A stretch of 32,000 nt of DNA from Candidatus Electrothrix yaqonensis (GTDB lineage: Bacteria > Desulfobacterota > Desulfobulbia > Desulfobulbales > Desulfobulbaceae): the NCBI GenBank assembly GCA_047651235.1, contig CP178758.1:2970001-3002000 (forward strand). Reading direction: 5' to 3'. Within the stretch, counting starts at the first letter, position 1, and every line of letters begins with the position of its first letter. Shown piece by piece: positions 8,015-16,709 of the stretch. The position numbers and the translations under genes are program-made. A model generated the notes under the pieces. That model was not told the origin of the DNA. It made no database searches and was given only the letters and a program-made list of their open reading frames with translations.

Positions 8015-8296
8015 TTAAACGATAAAGGCGAAGCCGCTGTCCGGCGAGGGCGGGGCCTTGCCGATTTCGCTCCGCTTGGCCTGCTTGTTGAGGTGATAGA
8101 TGTACAGATAGCCGCTTTGCAGGTCCAGCTGCGCCAGTTCCGCCGCCATTTTCGCCTTGCCGCCCGCTGAGAGCGAGCATTCAAACACCGATTTCTGGAC
8201 CCGGAAGCCGTACTCGGTCAGGACTTTGCTGACCCGGCTGCGCTCCCGCTGGCTGCTGATGTCGTAGGCGATTACGTATCGGCTGAAATTACTCAT
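8015..8296 (-). CDS. cas2: CRISPR-associated endoribonuclease Cas2 (orphan)
   Basis: 93 aa. MSNFSRYVIAYDISSQRERSRVSKVLTEYGFRVQKSVFECSL...GYLYIYHL fits the Cas2 ferredoxin-fold pattern (YDI with the catalytic Asp, RVQxSVFEC, IYxL). The start is set at the ATG at 8296. Confidence 0.8.
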   Translation of the reverse strand: MSNFSRYVIAYDISSQRERSRVSKVLTEYGFRVQKSVFECSLSAGGKAKMAAELAQLDLQSGYLYIYHLNKQAKRSEIGKAPPSPDSGFAFIV

Positions 8297-8807
8297 GGTG
8301 TCAGGAAGCAGGAAGGTAGGGGCGATTCGCGAACCGCCCCTACAGTCATAACCCAAGGCGCCCCGGAGTGTCATTGTGACTCTGCCTTTTTTTATACCCG
8401 TAAATTCAGTTCCCTGTCAATCCCTTTTTGTAGTACCTCCCCTCCGGAGCATGATTCTGACCCTGTTTTGCGGGAGGTCCTACACTGTGTTGGTTTTGGC
8501 GAATAATGCCGTATATTCAGCAAGATATTTCGATATTGAAAAGTTAATTCAACCTGTTGATTCCAAAAGATTTTTTTGAATTTTTTCCCGAAATGCGCCC
8601 ATTTTTCCCTCTGACCGGCAAAAACGGCCCTGAATTGCCAGAAATTCGACCCAGGATTTTTTCAGGGTCATATTTTAACCGAAAATCAAACAAATGCCCC
8701 GCCATCTTCCCACACCAGATTAGGGCCTTGCCCAGCAAATCACCCACAGGCAGGGCAGCCGCCATCGTGCCGGGCACCGCCTTGAGCACATCCTGCGCAC
8801 GGGTCAA

Positions 8808-9842
8808 TAGACCTCCTGCAAAACTTGGTGATTTGACAGAAACGGCGGATGCTGATATTTTTTCGGTCACTTTTTCGATTATCAACCCCGGAGGTCTGAA
8901 AATCATGCTCACATTCGAAAAACTCTCCCGCCGCCCTGAAACATTCCGCCGTCTGACCGGTGTCGATATTGATCTTTTCAACGGAATGACGGAAAAGATC
9001 CGCCCTTTATGGGAAGAGCGGAGAGATAATTTTGAAAAGGGCGGGAGAAAGCACAACTTGGAAGGAGCTGAAAACCACCTTCTCGCCATGCTCCTGCGAA
9101 GTCTTCGCTTATCTATTACCGTTGTTACGTGACATATGAGTTCCTCAGTTTTTTCTTCGATTCCGATGAGACGACGGTGATGCGCGCAGTGAAACGGATG
9201 GAAAAAATCGCGGTACGGGTGATTCATATTGAAAAAAAGCGTGAAATCACACGGGAAGATGCGGAATACCTGATAATCGATGCGACGGAACAGCCGGTTC
9301 AGCGCCTGAAGAAAGGACAGAAGAAGTATTACAGCGGAAAGAAGGGAAAACACACGCTCGGAACGCAGTTTACCGCCGGTCCCGACGGACGGATTTTTTC
9401 GGTTTCGGCGTCGTATCCCGGAAGTGTTCATGATTTCAGGATATATAAGGAACAGAAGGGGCGGGAGCGTTTTCACGGTATTCCGAAGAAGGCCGACAGC
9501 GGATATCAGGGAATCGCGGCATATGACCGGCGCGCCGAAATTCCCTTTAAAAAGCCCCGGAACGGTGAACTGACCGCCGAACAGAAGGCATATAATCTTG
9601 ATTTATCGAAAAAACGTATCAAAGTTGAGCATGTCATAAGAGAGGTGAAGGTATTTAAAATCATGTCGGAAACATACCGGAACAGGCTTAAAGGCCATAA
9701 TATAAAGAAAAATATCATATCCGGCATAGTGAATATGAAGGTTGCGGCACGGAAAATGAAGAAAGCTGCCTGAAGCGGAAAATTTTGAAAAAGGGAAAAA
9801 CCTCACCGCCTGAGAAGAACAGGCAGTTCTGCAGGAGGTCTA
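8808..9842 (+). mobile_element. IS5-family-like (DDE_Tnp_4 type) insertion sequence, 1035 bp, with 17/18 bp terminal inverted repeats
   Basis: TAGACCTCCTGCAAAACT at 8808-8825 compares with the reverse complement of 9825-9842, TAGACCTCCTGCAGAACT. The terminal TA at each end may be a target duplication rather than part of the IR. Confidence 0.75.
8905..9773 (+). pseudogene. DDE_Tnp_4-type transposase split by a -1 frame change
   Basis: orfA starts at the ATG at 8905 (GGAGG 10 nt upstream) and reads MLTFEKLSRRPETFRRLTGV...ENHLLAMLL, stopping at 9132. orfB (9129-9773) carries YVTYEFLSFFFDSDETTVMRAV (HTH_Tnp_4-like) and the DDE core (IIDATEQPV...GKHTLGTQF...PGSVHDFRI...ADSGYQG). The frames must switch between about 9097 and 9113, and no A6G-type slippery heptamer is present. 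Confidence 0.7.
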
Positions 9843-9930
9843 AAGCTGGAGCAGTATAAACTGAATACAGGATCAGCTATCTGAAAGGCGTGAAGGCAAA
9901 ACTTATGCCTCTTGTGGGCATATTCAAATT

Positions 9931-10251
9931 ATGTTGCTCCAGCTATACCATATCTCTACACAGGATAAGATTGAGCCGAATCTTGTCTTTTCAGTGGATT
10001 TACTTGACGATCTCACGCAGGAAGATTTCGATAAACTTGTTCTGATTTCCAGATACGGCATAAGCAGAAAAAATCTGCTGAAAAAATTATGGAATGAAGT
10101 AAGTGTATTGAGTCATGAAAATATTATCAGCTCGATTTTGTCCGAAGATGTCATCAATAAAATACGCCTGGTGATTAAACGGGACACCGGATGCAATGTG
10201 GAAAATGAAAAAATACAGGAAGCCATTGAGGATATTCTGCAGATTAATTGA
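9931..10251 (+). CDS. Hypothetical protein (106 aa), AT-rich, no recognisable domain
   Basis: The ORF ends 12 nt upstream of the AIM24-family gene. There is no clear SD before the ATG. It is acidic and helical-looking, and GC is well below the window average. Confidence 0.4.
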   Translation: MLLQLYHISTQDKIEPNLVFSVDLLDDLTQEDFDKLVLISRYGISRKNLLKKLWNEVSVLSHENIISSILSEDVINKIRLVIKRDTGCNVENEKIQEAIEDILQIN

Positions 10252-10263
10252 GGAAGCCAGCTC

Positions 10264-11040
10264 ATGCATAATGAAGAGTTATTTGAAATAATAGAAACCG
10301 AGCAGGTGCCCGGCGCGAAATTTGAGGTTGTGCAGTATAAATTCTTAAAGGGTTCTGACAACCTCTATGTTGCGGAAAAAATCTTCTTTGCCCGACAGGC
10401 GGATATTTATCTGAAAATGATACGTATCACGCTGGATAAAAGCGAAACCCTGATTGAACCGGGAGCGCTGTATTTCATGCGGGGCGCGTTACAGCTGGAA
10501 TCCGACATGCAGGGCAGCCTCAGCAGAGGGCTGATGCGCAAATTCACTACCGGCGAAACCCTGTTTCAGTCGCGCATCAGGGGAACCGGCGAGATTTACC
10601 TGGAACCGAGCTTCGGCTATTATTCCTTGTTTAATATTGAGGATGATGCTCTGATTGTTGATAAAGGCGCGTTCTATTGCACTTCAGCCGGTTTGGAGGT
10701 CAGTGCCAAAATGCAGAGCAATGTCTCCAGTGCCCTGTTCGGCGGGGAAGGGCTTTTTCAGACCCAGATCAAGGGAACCGGGGTGCGTGTCCTGGTCTCG
10801 CCGGTACCGACCAGTGAGCTGCTCATGTACGAGCTGGCTCCGGGAGAAAAGCTCTCTGTTGACGGCACCTTTGCCTTTGCCCGCACTGCCGGGGTTGAGT
10901 TTCGGGCGGAAAAATCAGGCAAAGGCCTGCTCCAGTCCGCAACCAGCGGCGAAGGCCTGCTGCAGACCTTTACCGGCCCCGGTCTGGTATGGATCGCCCC
11001 GACCGAAGAGGTGTACAAGCGTCTGGGCAGGATGGATTGA
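10264..11040 (+). CDS. AIM24 family protein (DUF124 / TIGR00266-like)
   Basis: 258 aa. Repeated AIM24 hallmarks are GEGLFQTQIKGTGVRVL, GETLFQSRIRGTGEIYLEP, SGEGLLQTFTGPGLVWIAP and ALIVDKGAFYCTS. GAGGAA lies 8 nt upstream of the ATG. Confidence 0.75.
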   Translation: MHNEELFEIIETEQVPGAKFEVVQYKFLKGSDNLYVAEKIFFARQADIYLKMIRITLDKSETLIEPGALYFMRGALQLESDMQGSLSRGLMRKFTTGETLFQSRIRGTGEIYLEPSFGYYSLFNIEDDALIVDKGAFYCTSAGLEVSAKMQSNVSSALFGGEGLFQTQIKGTGVRVLVSPVPTSELLMYELAPGEKLSVDGTFAFARTAGVEFRAEKSGKGLLQSATSGEGLLQTFTGPGLVWIAPTEEVYKRLGRMD

Positions 11041-11231
11041 ATACGTCTTTTCAGATTCGGTTGACGGTTCAACTGCTGCAATATTTTTTTATCTTCCTGT
11101 GACAGTGACGGCATGAGCATTTCCTCCAGAGCGGCAAATATGTGCTGATGGTTTCTGTTTCCTGTTGGAGAAAAATTGCTGTATAAGAAGCATGGTCAGG
11201 AAACCACTGGACAATTATTGAAACCGCACTT

Positions 11232-11846
11232 TTAATCGTACCCGCCAGCCAGTACACCTATCCGAAAGTCATTTCGTGTTCCCCAAGTACCCTGCTGGTT
11301 ATCGTCTGAACCGGAAGCGCCGATATACCAGCCACGGATAAGAGCCTCGTCAAAATGTCCCTTATTACCGTCGCTACTGTAGTAGCCGTCTGTATAGTAA
11401 TCAAAATCATCATTCTTGTTCCACAGCTCCATACCGACGAAATTATCAGAGGGGGTGGAACCAAAGTGATCGAACTCATGGTAGGGGTAGTTATCCTGGC
11501 GACCGGGATGGTTAAACACGGCAAGCCCGTCATTGTTCTCTATTCAGGTCACCAGCTCACTGAAGGTGTTGGTAGAGGAATCGGTTGACTTGCAGTAGTC
11601 TGTGGTGTTAAAGACCGCTACATGGCCGTAGGTGCTGTGGGACCATTCAAATCCCCAGAGGGCGACAAAGTTACCATCAGAGTTCGCAGAATTTGCCGCG
11701 CTTTTCCGGGTGCTCCACTCTGTAGAGGTCACCTGCTCGGCATGATCAGCAAGGCTGAAGAAATATAGTCCGGCAGCCCGACTGTCGATGAAGAGCAGGA
11801 CCGGGCCTTGAAAATTAATCAACACCTCAGTAGAACATATATTCAT
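11232..11846 (-). pseudogene. PHP-domain (CehA/McbA-like) metallohydrolase remnant with an in-frame TGA and both termini truncated
   Basis: AGLYFFSLADHAE, ALWGFEWSHSTYGHVAVFN and LAVFNHPGRQ resemble PHP motifs. ORFs 11544-12056 and 11232-11519 are in the same frame, separated by TGA at 11544-11546 (...SELVT*IENNDGLAVFNHPG). The N-terminal HxH motif is absent, and the C-terminus stops at RIGVLAGGYD, where homologues continue. Confidence 0.6.
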
Positions 11847-14800
11847 GCTGTCTATCTGTAAGCAGCTGTCCGAAGGGCAGCAGGAACAAGACAGAAAACT
11901 GGAAATCTGCGGTTTGCACGGCGGCTGTGCAGCCCTGTTTGCCGCCCGTCTGCAGCAGATACAGCAGCAGACGCTGTGCTGCATTGTCCCGGCGGATAAC
12001 CAGCTGGAGGCCTTGGCCGGAGATATCCGCCTATTTACCGAGGTGCCGGTCCTCACCTACCCTTCCTTTGAGATTGCCCCTTATGCCCGGCTCTCCCCTG
12101 ACCCGAATACGGTAGCTACCCGGCTCTCCACCCTGTACTTCCTGCAGGAGCGCAGTCAGCCCTGTATTGTGGTGACCTCGGCTGAGGCAGTCATGCGGCG
12201 GATCCTGCCGCAGCAGATCCTGAGTGCACGGTGTGAGCTGGTCATGGCCGGTGAGGGCACGGACCGGGACGGCCTGATCGCCTCCCTGGTTGATGCCGGG
12301 TATCAGTCCTGTGAACTGGTGCGCCAGCCCGGTGATCTGGCTGTGCGGGGCGGTATTATCGATCTCTATCCGCCTTCCTCCGATCCTGCTGTCCAGAGCC
12401 CTCTGCGCCTGGACTTCTTTGGGGATACGGTGGAATCCATCCGGGTGTTTGACCCGCTCAGCCAGCGTTCTGAAGAGGAGATTGACGAGGCGGTTCTGTT
12501 GCCTGCCTCGGATATTCTCTTTCCGGCTGCATCTGTCCTGCAGACGTGGCGGCAGGGACTGTCTGCTGCGGCAAAAGAGCTTGCCCCGGAACATGCCGAT
12601 GCTGCGGAAGCCCGCCATGTTGTCCGGCAGCTGCGGGAACAGATCCGCTTTCCCGGTATTGAATTTTTTCTGCCCCTTCTCTATTCGGACCCAGGCCCGC
12701 AGACCCTGTTCGACTACCTGCCTGCGGATACGCCCTGCATCCTCCAGGATCCGGTGGCCATCCGGCGCAAGGTCGGTCTGGTCGGGGAACGGATTGCGGC
12801 CAATTACAGTGAGGCTGCTGCCGAGGGTTTTGTTCCGCCGCCGGACAGCCTGTTTCTGGCACAGAAGGAGCTGGAGCACTGCCTTGCCCGCAACCAGCGG
12901 GTCGAACTTTGCCTCTATCCTGACCCGGATGCGCTGCAGCCGCCTATCCTGCAGCAGGTGGGGGATCATTCCCTGCTCCGGCAGGAGATCAATGTGCAGC
13001 AGAAGAAACGGGGATACCTGGCCCCGCTTGCCGACCGCCTGTTGCACTGGCTCAAGGCGGGAGATACAGTCATTCTTGCCTGCCGCTCTGCGAGACAGGG
13101 TGCGCATCTTGAGGAGATGCTGCGCGGCTACAGCATTGAATGCGGCAGATTGGCTGCGCCGCTTGACCGGCAGCAGCACCCCGGTCAGATCCTCCTGGTT
13201 GAGCATCCCCTTTCGCGCGGCTTTGATTTGCCCGAAGAGCAGCTCCATCTCCTTTCTGCTACCGAGTTATTCGGGGAAAAACGTCTCCAGCCGGGTAAAA
13301 AGAAGAAGGCGCGCAGGCCGCAGGGTGAACCCGTTGCCCTGGAGGAGATCAGCATCGGGGATATTGTCGTCCACCGGGATCATGGCCTGGCCAGTTTTCA
13401 GGGCCTGGTGAATATGGACTTTGCCGGGCAGCGCGGCGATTTCATGCTCCTGGAGTTCCAGGGCAACGACAGGCTGTATATTCCAGTGCATCAGCTCCAC
13501 TGGGTCAGCCGCTACCAGGGCCTGAACGATCATCAGCCCAAGCTGGACCGGCTCGGTTCCAACCGCTGGCAGACGACCCGGAAGAAGGTTACTGAAGCGG
13601 TCTGGCAGGTTGCCCATGAGCTGCTGGATATCTATGCCCGCCGGGAGGTGCGCAGAGGGCACGCCTTTCAGGCACCCGGTATTCTGTATCAGGAGCTGGC
13701 TGAGTCCTTTGCCTATGATGAGACCGAAGGTCAGGCAGCAGCCATTGACGATGTCCTGCGCGATCTCACCTCGGACCGGCCTATGGACCGCCTGGTCTGC
13801 GGCGATGTGGGGTACGGCAAGACCGAGGTGGCTGTCCGGGCTGCCTGCAAGGTCATGGAGGACGGTTTTCAGGTGGCTGTCCTGGTTCCCACCACGGTTC
13901 TGGCCGAGCAGCACGCTGCCACTTTTCGCGAGCGCTTTGCCGGGTTTGATGTGGAAGTGGCCTGCACCAACCGCTTCCGGACAACCGGCGAGCAGAAAAA
14001 AATCGCTCAGGGCCTCAAGGAAGGCAAGATCAACCTGGTGGTGGGCACCCATCGGCTGCTGTCCAAGGCTATCCGATTCAGCAGGCTTGGTCTGCTCATT
14101 GTCGATGAAGAGCACCGCTTCGGGGTCTCGCATAAGGAGAAGATCAAGAAGCTGCGGGCCGATGTGGATGTCCTTATTCTGACTGCCACCCCGATTCCCC
14201 GCACCCTGCAGATGTCCCTGCTCGGTATCCGGGATCTCTCGGTGATTTCCAGTCCGCCGCAGTTCAGGCGCTCGGTCAAGACCTTCCTGGCCCGCCGTGA
14301 TGATCTGGTGATCCGGGAGGCCGTGCTGCAGGAGATATCCCGTGGCGGCCAGATCTTCTTTGTGCATAACCGAGTCAAGTCCATCCAGCAGATCGCGGAA
14401 AAGATCGAGCAGTTGGTGCCCCATGCCAGGATTGCCGTGGCGCACGGCCAGATGCCGGGCAAGCACTTGGAAGAGATCATGATCAGCTTTATCAGCCATG
14501 AGATTGACATCCTGGTCTGCACCACGATTGTCGAATCCGGACTGGATATCCCTAATGCCAACACCATCATCATCAACCGGGCCGACCGGATCGGGCTGGC
14601 AGATATGTACCAGCTGCGGGGCCGGGTAGGACGTTCCTCGCGCCAGTCCTATGCCTATCTGCTGGTGCCTTCCACAGACAAGATGACTCCGGAGGCCGGG
14701 CAGCGGCTGCGCGCTCTGATGGACTGCTCCGAGCTGGGAGGCGGCTTCAAGCTGGCCATGAATGACCTGCAGATTCGGGGCGGCGGCAGCATCCTGGGTG

Positions 14801-15432
14801 TCTCTCAGTCCGGCCATATTGCTGCGGTAGGGTATGATCTGTACCTGGAGCTGCTGCAGTCCACTGTGGCCGATTTGAAGAAACAGGCAGCCCTGGGAGA
14901 TGGCCTTGAAGAAGCTGCGCCGGAACCGGATGTGAAACTCCAGGTAGCTGCCTTTCTGCCGGACGATTATGTCCGGGATACGGTGCTGCGCTATCGCCTC
15001 TATCGGCGGCTCTCCGTGGCCGGGAATGAAGACCCGGAACTGCTGGCTGACCTGCAGGATGAAATCATTGACCGGTTCGGTCCCCTGCCGCGTGAGACAG
15101 AGACCCTGTTTTCCCTGGTCGGGCTTAAGTACCCGCTCCGCAAGCTGGGCATCAGCAGACTGGAGCAGGGGCCGGGCAACTTGGTGTTCAGCTTTGCAGA
15201 AAATTCTTTAGTAGCGCCGGAAACTTTGCTTGCCTTTATCGAGCAGTCCCGGTTAAAAAAGAAGAATAAAAAGGGCGGGCAACGGACAGGGCTGCGTCCG
15301 CCCGGACAACAAGCGGTGCAGGAACCGGTCCGCCTGACCCCGGATCAGCGGCTTATTGTTACCCTGGACGGGGAGAAGAATATTTTTGCGCAGATAGAGA
15401 AAGTTCTGCGTGCTCTGAACGGAGGCCAGTGA
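11845..15432 (+). CDS. mfd: Transcription-repair coupling factor Mfd
   Basis: 1195 aa. It has a CarD/RNAP-interacting region (IGDIVVHRDHGLASFQGL), superfamily-2 helicase motifs (GDVGYGKTEVAVRAA, DEEHRFGV, LTATPIPRTL, QLRGRVGRS) and a TRG/C-terminal domain. Confidence 0.95.
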   Translation: MLSICKQLSEGQQEQDRKLEICGLHGGCAALFAARLQQIQQQTLCCIVPADNQLEALAGDIRLFTEVPVLTYPSFEIAPYARLSPDPNTVATRLSTLYFLQERSQPCIVVTSAEAVMRRILPQQILSARCELVMAGEGTDRDGLIASLVDAGYQSCELVRQPGDLAVRGGIIDLYPPSSDPAVQSPLRLDFFGDTVESIRVFDPLSQRSEEEIDEAVLLPASDILFPAASVLQTWRQGLSAAAKELAPEHADAAEARHVVRQLREQIRFPGIEFFLPLLYSDPGPQTLFDYLPADTPCILQDPVAIRRKVGLVGERIAANYSEAAAEGFVPPPDSLFLAQKELEHCLARNQRVELCLYPDPDALQPPILQQVGDHSLLRQEINVQQKKRGYLAPLADRLLHWLKAGDTVILACRSARQGAHLEEMLRGYSIECGRLAAPLDRQQHPGQILLVEHPLSRGFDLPEEQLHLLSATELFGEKRLQPGKKKKARRPQGEPVALEEISIGDIVVHRDHGLASFQGLVNMDFAGQRGDFMLLEFQGNDRLYIPVHQLHWVSRYQGLNDHQPKLDRLGSNRWQTTRKKVTEAVWQVAHELLDIYARREVRRGHAFQAPGILYQELAESFAYDETEGQAAAIDDVLRDLTSDRPMDRLVCGDVGYGKTEVAVRAACKVMEDGFQVAVLVPTTVLAEQHAATFRERFAGFDVEVACTNRFRTTGEQKKIAQGLKEGKINLVVGTHRLLSKAIRFSRLGLLIVDEEHRFGVSHKEKIKKLRADVDVLILTATPIPRTLQMSLLGIRDLSVISSPPQFRRSVKTFLARRDDLVIREAVLQEISRGGQIFFVHNRVKSIQQIAEKIEQLVPHARIAVAHGQMPGKHLEEIMISFISHEIDILVCTTIVESGLDIPNANTIIINRADRIGLADMYQLRGRVGRSSRQSYAYLLVPSTDKMTPEAGQRLRALMDCSELGGGFKLAMNDLQIRGGGSILGVSQSGHIAAVGYDLYLELLQSTVADLKKQAALGDGLEEAAPEPDVKLQVAAFLPDDYVRDTVLRYRLYRRLSVAGNEDPELLADLQDEIIDRFGPLPRETETLFSLVGLKYPLRKLGISRLEQGPGNLVFSFAENSLVAPETLLAFIEQSRLKKKNKKGGQRTGLRPPGQQAVQEPVRLTPDQRLIVTLDGEKNIFAQIEKVLRALNGGQ

Positions 15433-16127
15433 TGATGCAGCATTCAGTCAAGGCGGCGGAAAAAATCGCCCCGAATTTTTCCTGGAATGATGTTGATACG
15501 GTCATGCTGGATATGGACGGTACCCTGCTGGACAAGCATTTTGACGATTACTTCTGGGAGGTGTACCTGCCGGAGCATTACAGCCTGCTCCATAATATCT
15601 CCGTGGAAGAGGCGGGCCGGGAGCTGCGGCAACAATATCAGCAGGTGGAGAACTCGCTGCAGTGGGCCGACCTTGAGTACTGGTCACATACCCTGCACCT
15701 TGATCTGCCGGAACTGAAACTGCGGATCAACCATCTGATTGCTGTGCATCCCTATGTTATAGAGTTTCTGGAATTCTGCCTGAAACAGCGGAAACAGCTC
15801 TATCTGGTCACCAATGCCCATTCCCGGAGCCTGTCCATCAAACTGGAGAAAACCTCCATCGGGGCCTGGTTTGACCGGGTGGTCTGCGCCGAAGAGGTCG
15901 GTTTTGCCAAGGAAGAAGCGCTGTTCTGGCCGACCCTGCAGAACATGCTCGATTTTGCTCCGCAGCGCTCTCTGCTTGCTGATGATACGGAAAAAGTTCT
16001 GCAGGTTGCGGAAAATTACGGCATCGGACACCTGATCCATATTGCCTGTTCCAGCAGCCGCCGACCGGCCTGCTATTCGGCAAGATATCCCTCCATTGAT
16101 TATTTTAAGGAGCTGATCAGCAGGTAA
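15432..16127 (+). CDS. HAD-superfamily hydrolase (YrfG/nucleotidase-like)
   Basis: It has the HAD motif I MLDMDGTLLD and a later LVTNA motif. GGAGG lies 6 nt upstream of the ATG at 15432, which overlaps the last base of the mfd stop. GTG 15429 and ATG 15435 are alternative starts. Confidence 0.7.
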   Translation: MMQHSVKAAEKIAPNFSWNDVDTVMLDMDGTLLDKHFDDYFWEVYLPEHYSLLHNISVEEAGRELRQQYQQVENSLQWADLEYWSHTLHLDLPELKLRINHLIAVHPYVIEFLEFCLKQRKQLYLVTNAHSRSLSIKLEKTSIGAWFDRVVCAEEVGFAKEEALFWPTLQNMLDFAPQRSLLADDTEKVLQVAENYGIGHLIHIACSSSRRPACYSARYPSIDYFKELISR

Positions 16128-16260
16128 CACAAAAAACAGACAGGAATTCTTTCATGAGGTGCATATTGTGTTCTGCTATGGTATCATGAGAGGACGACAG
16201 TAAAAACAGGATAACGAATTGCAAGAGCCTGGAACAGGTTATTCAGGAGAGAACTGGACC

Positions 16261-16647
16261 ATGTCGGAACGCATCGATAAACGCAGATACAAACGGGCTA
16301 AACTAAAGGGGTATATTGCCGATGTGGCTGACGGACATTTTGTCTATGACGGCATTGTGGAAGATATATCCCTTCAGGGACTTCGTCTGGTTGATCTGTC
16401 GGACAGGTTCGTGGTTGAAAACAGAAAATATAATCTCGTTGTTTCAGGTGGTCCTGATTCCATGTCCTTCAAGCTGAAAGTGACTCCGCGCTGGAAGAGA
16501 GTCAATGGATACTATATAGATGTTGGTTTCCAGATTGTTGATGCACCTTCATCGTGGAAACAATTTGTTCAGCAGATGCTCCCTGCAGACAAAAAAGACA
16601 AGAAAGAAGATGTCTGGGAACAGTTTTCAGGATCCAGCTTAGGATGA
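16261..16647 (+). CDS. PilZ domain protein (putative c-di-GMP binding)
   Basis: KRRYKR (RxxxR) and DISLQG (D/NxSxxG) are present at the expected spacing. The start is moved to the ATG at 16261, which has AGGAGA upstream; the listed ORF starts at a TTG. Confidence 0.7.
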   Translation: MSERIDKRRYKRAKLKGYIADVADGHFVYDGIVEDISLQGLRLVDLSDRFVVENRKYNLVVSGGPDSMSFKLKVTPRWKRVNGYYIDVGFQIVDAPSSWKQFVQQMLPADKKDKKEDVWEQFSGSSLG

Positions 16648-16709
16648 CAAACGCGCCCATGCTGTGCGCCCCAGCAGGGACGGACGGCATGAGAACGCTG
16701 TTGTAGTCT

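Noticed and set aside
8297-8807. Search for a CRISPR array, leader or cas1 remnant next to cas2
   Set aside because: There are no regularly spaced direct repeats of 24-40 bp here or anywhere else in the window, only short isolated hairpins. No frame gives Cas1-like sequence.
8544-9476. 310 aa minus-strand ORF spanning the cas2-upstream region and the IS5-like element
   Set aside because: It runs antisense through the transposase and across the IS terminal repeat, so it cannot be a native gene. The 88 codons outside the IS show no Cas1-like or other recognisable motifs.
11040-11257. Minus-strand fragments (MLMPSLSQEDKKILQQLNRQPNLKRRIQ...) resembling an IS630-type transposase HTH
   Set aside because: The similarity covers only about 28 residues and is generic. 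The ORF then runs antisense into the AIM24 gene, and I saw no inverted repeats or further transposase sequence.
11544-11546. In-frame TGA in the PHP remnant as a selenocysteine codon
   Set aside because: There is no redox-type Cys/Sec motif context. Only a 4 bp hairpin (ACGG/CCGT) lies downstream, not a bacterial SECIS-like stem-loop. The gene is also truncated at both ends, so a nonsense mutation in a pseudogene is the simpler explanation.
12031-14817. Long minus-strand ORFs (405 aa at 12031-13248 and 516 aa at 13267-14817) antisense to mfd
   Set aside because: They lie entirely inside the well-supported mfd CDS. Their translations are low-complexity and rich in R, G, P and Q with no family motifs, which is typical of shadow ORFs in GC-rich coding DNA.
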